This document shows, piece by piece, positions 1-10,379 of a stretch of 37,998 nt of DNA (the stretch's first letter is position 1; the number at the start of each line of letters is the position of its first letter). The stretch covers positions 64,687 through 102,684 of the forward strand of contig NW_014040526.1 in the NCBI RefSeq assembly GCF_001186125.1, written 5' to 3'. A program made the position numbers and the translations under genes. Under the pieces are notes generated by a model. That model was given only the letters and a program-made list of their open reading frames with translations. It was not told where the DNA came from and did no database searches. Origin of the DNA: Sphaeroforma arctica JP610 (taxonomy: Eukaryota).

Positions 1-265
1 CAGGAGGACCAAAATCCATAAGTAGTAGTTCGGAGATTATAAAATTTAGTTCATAATATCCTACATCTACTAATGTCTCAAATAGGTACAAGTAGATGAG
101 TCATACCAAATATTCAGGCTATTGGAGCCATCAAAGTGAATTTAGAACACTTTGGAAATATTGGAAAAAGAGCTTGTATTAAATTATTTAAAATACAAAA
201 AAAACCAATGTATTATCTCAATTGATCTTGATATTTTAGACTGACCGGAGGCCGTATTTCTATAC
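1..265 (-). repeat. Partial LTR (same family as the solo LTR at 9693-10232), running off the window edge
   Basis: Reverse complement of ~180-265 matches 9694-9777 (aaatacggcctccggtcagtctaaaatatcaagatcaa...). Reverse complement of ~1-95 matches ~9800-9895 (cctatttgagac...gtagatgtaggatattat...ttttggtc). Confidence 0.85.
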
Positions 266-561
266 TAGCAAATGAAGTGATAGAAATTAACTATCAGCAG
301 ACGCTAGTTAACTTGGCACTGCTAGCCGTAGATCAACATAACTCTGACGGATCGTTTAAGAAAGTCAGAGTATATTTAGATATGAGTCCAATAAATAAAT
401 TATTGCCAACTCATAGCTTTCACATACCTCGTATTAACGAGCTACTGCAAAGGATGGAAGGTGCTACAGTATTTACAACTATAGACCTTACACAAGATGC
501 CATCAAATGCAGGTATATGAACCACATAGTAAATAAGTTTTACGTGAAAAGGTAAACAATA
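265..561 (+). pseudogene. Reverse transcriptase fragment of a second copy of the element 1 family
   Basis: Near-identical to 3634-3929 (IEINYQQT.VNLALLAVDQHNSDGSFKKVRV.LDMSPINK...TTIDLTQ), with a frameshift near its end. Confidence 0.9.
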
Positions 562-588
562 TCGCTTTGAGAGACCGAATCTTACACA
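558..588 (+). repeat. Remnant (last ~30 nt) of the upstream LTR of element 1
   Basis: aatatcgctttgagagaccgaatcttaca matches aatatcgccttgatagaccgaatcttaca at 7627-7655. It ends in TACACA, the inverse of the TGTGTA at 6888. Confidence 0.8.
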
Positions 589-713
589 TTTTAAAGTTAA
601 CAAAGGTACTAATTACTTAGACTATTTAAGCGTAAAGGTAGATTAACTACCACAAAAATTTTCTTGTCCAAGCTAGTCCTTAAGAGACAAGCTAGTAGTC
701 ATAAGTTAAGATT

Positions 714-2973
714 ATGACAAAAAAAGACAATGCTCCTTCTAAAAAGCGTAGAGCTGAAAAGAAGAAGATGGAGAGAGAAGCCGCTAGCGCTGCCGTAAGA
801 GTAATCGCCGCCGCTGCCGATGCGTTTAACCGCACAGTAGCCGAAGCACTTGCTCCGACAATAATAGTCAATAGGACAATGCTTCAGATAAGGATGTAGC
901 CACTCCGATTAAGGAGACTACTCCCACTAACACAGCCCGAGGGCCAACTATTGCCTCAACTTCAAAGCTGGCATTTACGAAGCCAAGAAGTGAGACAAGG
1001 GACACGTCTCAAGACGACCCAACCAATTCTTTTGACGAAACTCAGAAATAAAAGTTCCCGATTATAAGGGAGTCTCCAATTATAGAGGACAAGGACAAAT
1101 CTCAGAAGGAACCTATAACGGAACCAGAAGATGAGGTAAGCTCAAGTAGCAAACCCAAATCTACATCCGGGATTATTAAGCCAGCACGCATAAGTAAGTT
1201 AATTACTGAAAACACTGATCTTAAGAATCAGATAGCCATCCTTATTAAAAACTTGATTGTTGAACATGTAGATCGATTGTATAGATCAGGAAAACATACA
1301 CAGCACTTACGCGAGCATGTTTCTCCGGACATTACTGAAGCCCTACAGAAATGGACAGAACGTCGACAGGCAACTACGCCCGAAGAGCGTAAAGACTCGA
1401 GCGCTACACCTGTGTCATATGAGCCAGATGTGCTCAGCGTATCTACACTTTATGAGGTACTACCACCAGAATTTCATACTAATTATTCGCCTGTTCTGAC
1501 ACCCGGCCGTGAGTCACCCGACCTTAAAGGTATTATAGACGCAGAGGCAGGTAGAAATACTCCACCACCTTTACCCAATTAGGATGACAATCGTCGGAAA
1601 CCAGTTAAGACTGGGTATGTTATCCAGACACATGAATCAAACAAAATTATATTACCAACCCCTATCCGACGGATTGAGCACCGAAAGGCCTCGACCATGG
1701 ATTTTACAAGGGGTAATAAACACCCCCGTAAACGTGTTAACGAAGTCGAATATAATCGCTTCGATCGCACAGCATTGCATCAGCCCGCAGAGGATTTCCA
1801 CTCTGACGAGGTGACCGAACTTAACAAATCGATCGACGATTACACCATTAAAATGAAAATCGCCCACGATGCGCATCATGCTGATGATGTCTCATATTTT
1901 GCTAATATGATTGCGATTAAGCAAAAGCGCATCGATCAGCTACTTCAGGCCCAACGTGGACAAGACCACAGGGATAACCAGAAGTACAAAGGACAGATCA
2001 GTCGACTTAAGTCGAACTGGGATGCCAACAGCAAGCAGGACGAGTTTATAAACAACCATGACCTCGACAAGCTAACCCGTACGCTTAATGCGTTTACGGT
2101 CATGCTGGAGATGAATGATATCGCTCCCCAGCAATGGGTCTCCGCTTTATTACAGACGTTTGATCCTACAGGTACAAGTTACTTGATCCTGCAGCGACAC
2201 CAGCATGAGCACGACACTTGTTGTGACTGGCCAGCTGTGTGTTGGTTGGTTACATCCTTATTATGTAAGGATATGCGTAACCCAGGACTGAGTTCAATTT
2301 TAACTGAACCAGTTGAGAACACGCCCATTCAGAGTTGTATTCTAAAGTTAGATGCTGACCTGAAATGTCCAGATATAACAAAGGACAAGGCAAAGTGATG
2401 GTACGAGTTCCTGGTTATGCACGTGTTCTGTAAGAACATAGGGAATAACGACCGTGAGAGCCTGTACACCGAGTTGCGACGTAAACACGCTACTGAGGCT
2501 CGAGACAAGGGACATGAAACAAAGTTTCATATATCCAGACTTACGTGGGAACAGTTTTATGATACTGTATCCACTCTTTTCCCCGCACACCGAGTAACCT
2601 CGAAGGGAAAGCCGGTAAATAAGAAACCGCGCGAGCTTGCTGATCAAGGATACCTCTCACGCCAGGCGTCAGATGATAAACCTCGTCAGACGCGTCCTCA
2701 CCAGACACGTGCTCGCGACTCCACTCATCAATCAACGCGACCCAATAAACGGGCACGCGCGGAGGCGAAGGATAAGGAACCTTCATTTCAGGAGATTAAG
2801 AAATGTGCCGACGCACATTGTGGGTATGCCATCTGCCAATTGACCCCTAACGGTTATTGAAATGGCAGACATGCACCCACACGTACACACTTTCTTACTA
2901 AGTGTGACAAGTGTGAGAAAAAACCAATGGCTATCACGCCAAGTCTTGTGACAAAATGCCCGACATTAAATAG
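714..2973 (+). pseudogene. gag-like region of element 1 (broken into several ORFs)
   Basis: Run of + ORFs (714, 1253, 1697, 2417) between the LTR remnant and the protease. A C-terminal Cys/His knuckle-like motif (CDKC..../GYHAKSC, across a frameshift) lies at ~2900-2950. Confidence 0.65.
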
Positions 2974-3036
2974 GAGTGAAAGTACTACCAGGTACACTCG
3001 TTACAAAGGAAAAACAACGACTATTTAGACGAGCGT

Positions 3037-4868
3037 ATAATAATACCTGTATATTGCAACGGAAATAAAGTCCTTGCATTGATTGATCCTGGTTCAGAAA
3101 TTTCATTCATATCCGACCGCTTTGCATTAATGAAAGACATTGAAAGGCGCACTCAAACAACTCAGCTCATTTTAGCTGATGATAAAACTTCTAAGTGTGA
3201 TACCATGGCCACAGATGTTATAATCTCCCTGGTCGATGATAGGAGTACCACTACCCAAGCTGTGATAGTTAAGATGTCATATAAGTACGACATTATAGTC
3301 GGAATGAGCGATTTACCCACTATAGGTATAACCGTAACTGGTCTACCAAATAACATAAATCCATTAAAGGATCAGTCAGACGATAACTGTCTGAATCCAT
3401 ATAAGCCCCCGTCAGACAAAATCAAGGCAACAATACCTGACTTTGCGGACAAAATCATGGATCTGATTTTAGTAAATAAGATAAAGATCACAGATTGGGC
3501 AAAATTCCGTTTTAACGACGGGTATGTCAGCCTTGACTTAACCAAGGTGGACTTTATACGGTTAAAGTGTCCCTCAAGGAACTATGTATCCTGGAGACAC
3601 GAGGCTGTGGGAAAAGAACAAGTTGAGAAATGGCTAGCAGATGAAGTGATAGAAATTAACTATCAACAGACGCCAGTTAACTTGGCACTGCTAGCCGTAG
3701 ACCAACATAACTCTGACGGATCGTTTAAGAAAGTCAGAGTATGTTTAGATATGAGTCCAATAAATAAATTATTGCCGACTCATAGCTTTCACATACCTCG
3801 TATTAACGAGCTGCTGCAAAAGATGGAAGGTGCTACAGTATTTACAACTATAGACCTTACACAAGGATACCATCAAATGTAGGTATATGAACCACATCGT
3901 TTAGTTTTACGTGGAGAGGTAAACAATACAGGTTCAGAGGTGCACCTTTCGGGTCACACTTTTTACCAGCATTCTTCTAACAAGTAATGGAAGAAATGTT
4001 TGCAGACATGCCTAACGTGCAAGTCTACATAGATGACATAGTCATCTTTTCCAAAACTAATGGCGAACATGCCGCATTAGTCAGACGAGTCCTTAAGAGA
4101 CTCAACGAACAAAACTTGAAGATTAATGAGAGAAAATGTCACCTAGCCACGAGCGAAATTCAGCTCTTAGGCTACCGAATATCTGGGGAAGATATTAAAA
4201 TCGACCCTGGTAAAGGAGAACACCTGTTAGATTGACGAACACCGATGACAGGAAGAGATGTGAACAGCATGTGTTGGTTTGTAAACTTCTTTACAGATGG
4301 AGTACCACACTTGGCTGACTACCTTAAACCTTTTGGACACTTAAGATGTCATAAAGGCAAACTAGAAGACTTGTGGACTAAAGAGTGTGATGACGCATTT
4401 AAAACGCTCAAACACGCAGTCCAGCAAGCCCCTGTTGTACAAGGACCAGTCGATGGCGTGCCGTTTGAAATAGCAATGGACGCCTCCGACTTAGCCTTAG
4501 GAGGTGTATTATATCAGGTTATAGATAACAAACCTAGATATATACAATTATTTAGTCGAGCAATGAATGCTTCACAGTTGAAATACCTAACTGTTAAACA
4601 AGAGCTATTAGCCATAGTGGCAGCTCTAACACACTTCCGAGATTACTTATACGGAGCAGCATTTACGCTGATGTGTGATCAGAAATATCTTCAATATATG
4701 AAAGAGATGAAACCCGACTCACAATTACCAAGTCGCTGGCATGATACAATATCAAAGTTTAATTTTGATATAAAACATCTGCCAGGAATACATAACCATT
4801 TACCGGATATGTTATCACGCTGCGTACCGGACTTTAATAAATCCGTACGTGAGATACTAGCCACTGAT
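3037..4868 (+). pseudogene. Element 1 pol: aspartic protease, reverse transcriptase, RNase H
   Basis: DPGS protease-site variant at 3085. RT motifs VRVCLDMSPIN, IDLTQGYHQ, GAPFG and VYIDD. RNase H motifs AMDASD, KQELLAIV, MCDQ and NHLPDMLSR. In-frame stops at 3880, 3978 and 4233. Confidence 0.92.
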
Positions 4869-5246
4869 TAGAAATGTAACCCCAGGTGGTTTGAACTGAC
4901 TCAAAAGATATTTGGGCCACATAATATAGATATGTTTGCTGCACATCATAATGCCCAACTATCGAATTACAGGACGTTGAATCATCCTTTGGGAGACGCC
5001 TTTCAAATAGACCTCTCCAAACATAATGCGTGGGCTAATCCACCATGGCAGTTAATTGCCCAGCTACTAAATTATGATCATACACACAAAGCTACCATCA
5101 CGTTGTGTTGCCCATTACGGAGTAACGATCCATGGCTCAATACATTAATAAGCATGATACAATGCGAGCCAATATATTTAGATAGGGAAGTAGATACCTT
5201 CCTATATCGGGGTACCCGAGCCGTCCAGAAGACGCCCTGGAGCTAA
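4863..5246 (+). pseudogene. Dam-like (DIRS MT-type) DNA N6-adenine/amino-methyltransferase domain in element 1 pol
   Basis: Same frame as RNase H: D*KCNPRWFELTQKIFGPHNIDMFAAHHNAQL...DAFQIDLSKHNAWANPPWQLIAQLL...ITLCCPLRSNDPWLNTL. The SAM-binding DxFA is at ~4929 and the catalytic NPPW at 5037-5048. Confidence 0.85.
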
Positions 5247-5280
5247 GTCTGGAAACACTACAGACTTAGAGACCACGCAA

Positions 5281-6573
5281 GTGGATTCTCAACACCCTAC
5301 CTTTATTCTGAAGGAGCAGAATGATAAAAACATTCTTGTATGGCTGACGCAAAACCATAAGCTGAAGCACCAGAACGTAGTAGATGCACTTAAAGATGCT
5401 AAGCGAAATGGGATCGCGCACCCTAAGCTGGCAACTTTAGTTGACAGAGTATATCAGTCATGTGCAGACTATGATCTCAACCAGATTAAGCGCTATGGGT
5501 TCGCACCGCTTAAGAGTGTGACTGAAGATGTTTCATGGCGCAGGGCCATCATTGATCTGGTTGACCTGCCTACGTCCGAGCACACAGGCGACCGTTACGG
5601 ATGCCACTTCTTTGATATGGCTTCACAGTATAACTTGCTCTATCCGTTAAAGGACAAGAGTACGCAGATCGTGGCAGAATTATGTTGCCAAGTCTTTGCT
5701 GACCACGGGTGGTCAGGTATAATGTGTACTGATAACGGTAGCGAGTTCTGCGATGACATAATGGAATCGCTAGTACTCGTATCAGGCATGTGCCATAAAA
5801 AGGGTGTACCATATAAACCTCAAACGCAAGACGCGAATGAAACGCGCTATAGAAGACTTAAGTTCTTCTTACGTACTGCATTAACGGATGATGCAGATGA
5901 TTGGCCGTACCACTTTAAGTGGGTACAAACACAGATGAACGAGTGTGCTGATCCAGTTACAGGTACAACACCCGCTCACTATTTTCGGGGCAGATATAGT
6001 GAGTTACAAATACTTTTTAACAAGGACGAACCTAGTCACCATGAGTTACCATAGTTAGAGAAGGTACAACGTATTTATAACATTGTATATCCTTACTGGC
6101 GAGAACCACGCAATATTGCTATATTAAAAAGGAAAAATAGATGGAATGCTACCAAAAACATAGCAGAGTATCAGGTTGGAGACAGAGTTAACATCCGTCA
6201 ACGTAATTCCGATGCTACTGTATTAACATCTAAATGGATAGGACCATATATAATCTCTGTAGCTGACGTTAAAAGTGGAACATATGAGGTAAATAACCCC
6301 GATGGTTCTAGTGCGCTTAATATAGGCACTAGTCGGATTCAGACTACCGAGATTATTATCGCAAGAAGACATGACTCGAATGCCCCTCTTGATCGTTCTG
6401 AATTTTAAGACATTATATGGAGAACGGATAAGGGAGGTTATACATACTATCGTACACGCTTTATAGACGGTACAATCGCTGAGTTGACTTCAGATGCTTT
6501 CGATAATCAAGACTATTTAAAAGCCTTTAATCGAAAATGGCGTAAACGCCTGCATAAGCCACAAGCTGAATAA
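5281..6573 (+). pseudogene. Element 1 DDE integrase with GPY/F module and chromodomain-like tail
   Basis: Degenerate HHCC (HKLKH...C..Y), IIDLVDL, and TDNGSEF followed 35 residues later by E (QDANE). Reading through the stop at 6052 gives YQVGDRV...SKWIGPYII...GTYEV, then EF*DIIWRTDKGGYTYYRTRFIDG...DYLKAF. Confidence 0.85.
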
Positions 6574-6877
6574 GAAAGCATGTTTCCGAAGGCACGGAAG
6601 TTAAAACTTACCCGCCCAGAGCATTTATCCCGAGCTTTAATGCTCACCCTTCATATGGGCTTAAGACACTGAAGAGTAAGAAATGTCCAGTCGACCACCA
6701 CGGACCTACTGGACCTAAGCCCAAAACTCACAGGGTAACCGAGAACGCTTAACTTTTCCGCCTGAGAAATTAACTATACATTATGCTACTTAATGTTATC
6801 GACCCGTTTTTCCTTTCTCGCTTTTTGACCCATAATCAGCTTGAGTGAGCAACTTGCTTCTCCTGGGTCACAAAGCT

Positions 6878-6886
6878 GGGTGGGGG
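6878..6886 (+). other. Polypurine tract of element 1
   Basis: GGGTGGGGG lies one base before the TGT start of the 3' LTR. Confidence 0.75.
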
Positions 6887-6887
6887 C

Positions 6888-7657
6888 TGTGTATTAGCCA
6901 GGCCTCCACATTAGACTCTATGTTATAAACGTACTCTTAAGCAGTACGTAAACTATAAATGTACTCTTAATAGTACGAGGAATTTAAGTTTCCTAAACGG
7001 TTTTTAACGGTTTTATTAATTAATACCTTTTCCATTTTACATATAAGATATTTGGACAAGGCCATTAAAAGACCCCAGTAAAATACCAAACATAAGATTT
7101 GGTCTAGTTCTATTAATAGAACTATATTTACTTTCCAAATCTATTTATATCTGAATATTTCGGTAGCGAGGTGGCTCAACCGAACGTAGGTTTCTAAGGA
7201 CTATTAGCGTTGCTTAGTTTATCCTCCGTTCAGCCAACCAGATGTGCCAGTCTGATGAAGGCTAAGTCAATAATTCTTCATAAGTGGCAAGTTATTGATT
7301 AATGCAATAACTATGGACATCAAGAGTATTTTTCTTTTTTCTTTTCTTTTTTTCTAAAGATAGGATTTTACGAGTCTCTCGGATTCGCCCCAACGAAACA
7401 TGCCATAGTTTCTAATAGAGCGACAGCGAAACACTAAATAAAATCCCTTCGGCGAAAACAGTACTGAGAGGATTTTATATAGGCAATGTCTCAGCCTCAC
7501 AATCCCTCAGAGTATTGCTGTTTTCACGATGCATACCTAACTTTACCAAAAGACTCATTTCGTTTATTTACTTCGAATTTCACGATACTTAGACTTAACC
7601 TCGGCGTTTAATTACTCTAAGGCGTTAATATCGCCTTGATAGACCGAATCTTACAAA
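6888..7657 (+). repeat. 3' LTR of element 1 (~770 bp)
   Basis: Starts TGTGTA directly after the PPT and is AT-rich and non-coding. Its end matches the remnant at 558-588. The exact end is 7655 or 7657. Confidence 0.78.
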
Positions 7658-7670
7658 CCAAGTATCCAAG

Positions 7671-9692
7671 ATGTCGAACGAGTATTAATAGAGCATTTCG
7701 GGGCGGCTAGCTACCTTTTTGGCCCTGGATATACGGTAGACCTGCATGCGAAAGCAATGGAGTTGAGTGATGTATCAGAGAGACTCGCGTGGCATCGAGC
7801 AGTCATGATGACGGAGTTAGCAGAATTCGCCGTGGGAAGAATTATATATATTATGGAATCGGAATTGAACCCTCAAGGACGTGGCACTCGGGCTTCACAG
7901 GCGGCCCCGATGAAATCCAGCAAGTTGTATACAGCAATGACAGGTTTATCATCTTTACAGGCGTATGAAGCAAATAAGAAACTCATGGATCAAACGCAGA
8001 AAAAACTACACAGAAACATCCATCAGCAGACCAAAGGGTAGTAGTGCTTTTGTGGATAAGTGGGGCTTTAAAGGGCCGACCAGCCAACCAGATTTTGATA
8101 GGCGGAGATGGAGTGGAATTTTATGCGAATGAGGAGGAGGCGGTAGACACGCTGAGAGCGTGCCTACAAGCAGAAAAACCGTTAATCGACCTACAGAAAC
8201 GTGAAGCGGTTAAATATGTGGCAGCAATGGATAAGAAGAACGAGGACAGAGTGAGGAGACGGCGTACGTGAGGAGCGAGAAGCGAGACGAAGGATAAGGA
8301 GCTCATGAGACAGCAAGAAAATTCGGGTGATCTACGGACACAACTTGGAGTCGCAGTCGCCACCGCAGTCAGTTACCAAGGCACATGAGTCAGAGCAGGA
8401 GCCGTTCGCCAGTGAATGAAAAAGGGCGCTCACCGAATTTTTAGTGTTTCCAGATTTGCACTAAGCCGTACCACGGGTAGCAAAGCGGAGCGTTTGAATA
8501 GAGAGCGGGAATTGGACCAGACGGAATGAGCAAAAGACAAACTATTCAGGTTGAGTGACTCAGCACCGGATGTGGAAATAATAAATGTGTTTTTAGAGGA
8601 AGCGAGAGAGTCACAGGTTACACTCAAGCCACAGGGAGGCCCTTGGAAATGGAGCGGAAATGAGTGGATCATTCAGGATAGAGATAATGTATTAGATTCA
8701 ACACGCAAGGAAGTAATGTATATGGATGACTTCATCTTCAGCGCAGCAGGACGTTGGAGACCGACCACAAAAACCAGACGCTTATACATTTTCCTGAATA
8801 GAGAGAACTTGTGGTTCCCTAAGAGTAGGATGTATAACATCAATGGGTTATATTTACCACGTTATGGGGATCATAAAGGGCAACAGAAGCTGAGACATCC
8901 AGTGAATCAGTGGGGATACAGGGACAGAGATTTCCATCAACGACGAGCACCGTATGATACACCCAGGGAGATAGACAGCACAACCACACAAGTAGTACCA
9001 TGGGCAGCAATAGACGAAAATCTAAGACAAGACGCGGCGCGAGAAGGAAATTTTGCAGCACAGGCAATGTTACACGCAGTCACAAAGAACACAAATTTAC
9101 GGACAACACTGACTTATATGTATAACAGAGACGCAGCGCCGTTAGTCAAAGCGCTCAAGGAATTTAGGCGACATGACGAACGTTTATTAACGGAGCTTTT
9201 CCATTCGCAAATATAGTTATCCTACTAGATGCATACGAAATGTTTGAGCCGGGGGGAGCAGCAGCCCATGCAGCAAACTTGGCAGCAGCATTTAAGGGAG
9301 AGCAGCAATCAAATTTTGGAGATAGGGATAGAGTTCGAACACCAGAATCGAGACAGGGATCGTCGAAGCGTAAGTAGAGAATATAATAGGAATAGCAGGG
9401 GGACCAGTATGATACCAAACCGAGACCAATCGTACAGTGGAAGAGGCAGGTCACAATCACCGGGTTTCAGAGCACCCACGTGCAACAGATGTTTATTACG
9501 CCACATGGGATCGGCGTGTTCTCTATACCATATACGTCACAAACCAGAACACTACCAGAACGCGTGTCCACAAGCTCAGTTCGTTTCTGGCAACACACAG
9601 GGGGAAACAGCGGCGGCAGCGATACCAGCAAGCAGGGGCAACGAATGAGCGTCCAGTGTAGGCGGCAGACGAGCAGCAGCAGCAGTAGCAAC
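7671..9692 (+). pseudogene. gag-like region of element 2
   Basis: Broken + ORFs (7757, 8044, 8551, 9229) ending in an R/S-rich stretch and CNRCLLRHMGSAC...H..H...C. The last frame continues into the protease once the solo LTR is removed. Confidence 0.65.
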
Positions 9693-10232
9693 TGTATAAA
9701 TACGGCCTCCGGTCAGTCTAAAATATCAAGATCAAATGAGATAACACATTGGTTTTTATTTGTATGTAAAATATTTANNNNNNNNNNNNNNNNNNNNACT
9801 TACTTGGACCTATTTGAGACGATAGTAGATGTAGGATATTATAAACTAAATTTTATAATCTCTGAACTACTACTTACAGATTTTGGTCTTCCCGCCAATC
9901 TCCAAAATCCAAGGAGTCTTTTTCATTTTTTTATAACTTTTCTTCAGATGGAACTTTATTTTTATTAGTTAATGTATTAACTTGACTTGCGTTCTTATGT
10001 CTATCTACAACTTAGGCATGTGGTCACGAACACTTAGTACGTCTAGTGAAAATTATTCAATAAAGAACAGCTAGAGGTACGTTCTGTGTGATCGAGGATA
10101 TTAAGGCTATTACCAAGAGGCAGTCCTGATCATTCTTACACAAGCTACCACTGCTAAATCCTAACTGACTTAAATTGTATCTTAGTTTATATAACATAGT
10201 TCAAAACATAGAAATATCCATCGAAGTTTACA
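9693..10232 (+). mobile_element. Solo LTR inserted at the gag/protease junction of element 2
   Basis: TGTA...TACA termini flanked by CAAC (9689-9692) and CAAC (10233-10236). The alternative end at 10234 gives GCAAC/ACAAC. A second copy lies at 1-265. Excision restores the reading frame. Confidence 0.85.
9778..9797. other. Assembly gap (20 N)
   Basis: Run of n characters. Confidence 1.
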
Positions 10233-10379
10233 CAACAACGACAACTTCGACGAGCCAACAGGAAGAGGAACATTAGGTACCATACTATCTACAATGACAT
10301 GACGCCAGAGCTGCAACGGAAGCAAATACCAGCTCCGATGAGGATGCTTGGACGGGACCGGTCACGGAAGCCTTATGTG

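Larger units (their letters stand above)
558..7657 (+). mobile_element. Element 1: decayed Ty3/Gypsy-order LTR retrotransposon carrying a Dam/DIRS-type methyltransferase domain
   Basis: Domain order is gag-like, protease (LIDPGSEISFIS), RT (DLTQGYHQ, YIDD), RNase H (DASDLALGGVLYQ, ELLAIV, DMLSR), MTase (IDMFA, NPPW), integrase (D..D-35-E), GPY/F. A PPT and 3' LTR follow. There are multiple stops and frameshifts. Confidence 0.92.

Noticed and set aside
2396..6408. Programmed readthrough or alternative genetic code explaining the in-frame stops; RIP-like hypermutation
   Set aside because: All three stop types and several frameshifts occur at scattered positions, and the host genes use the standard code. 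Ordinary decay suffices, and a mutation bias cannot be quantified by eye.
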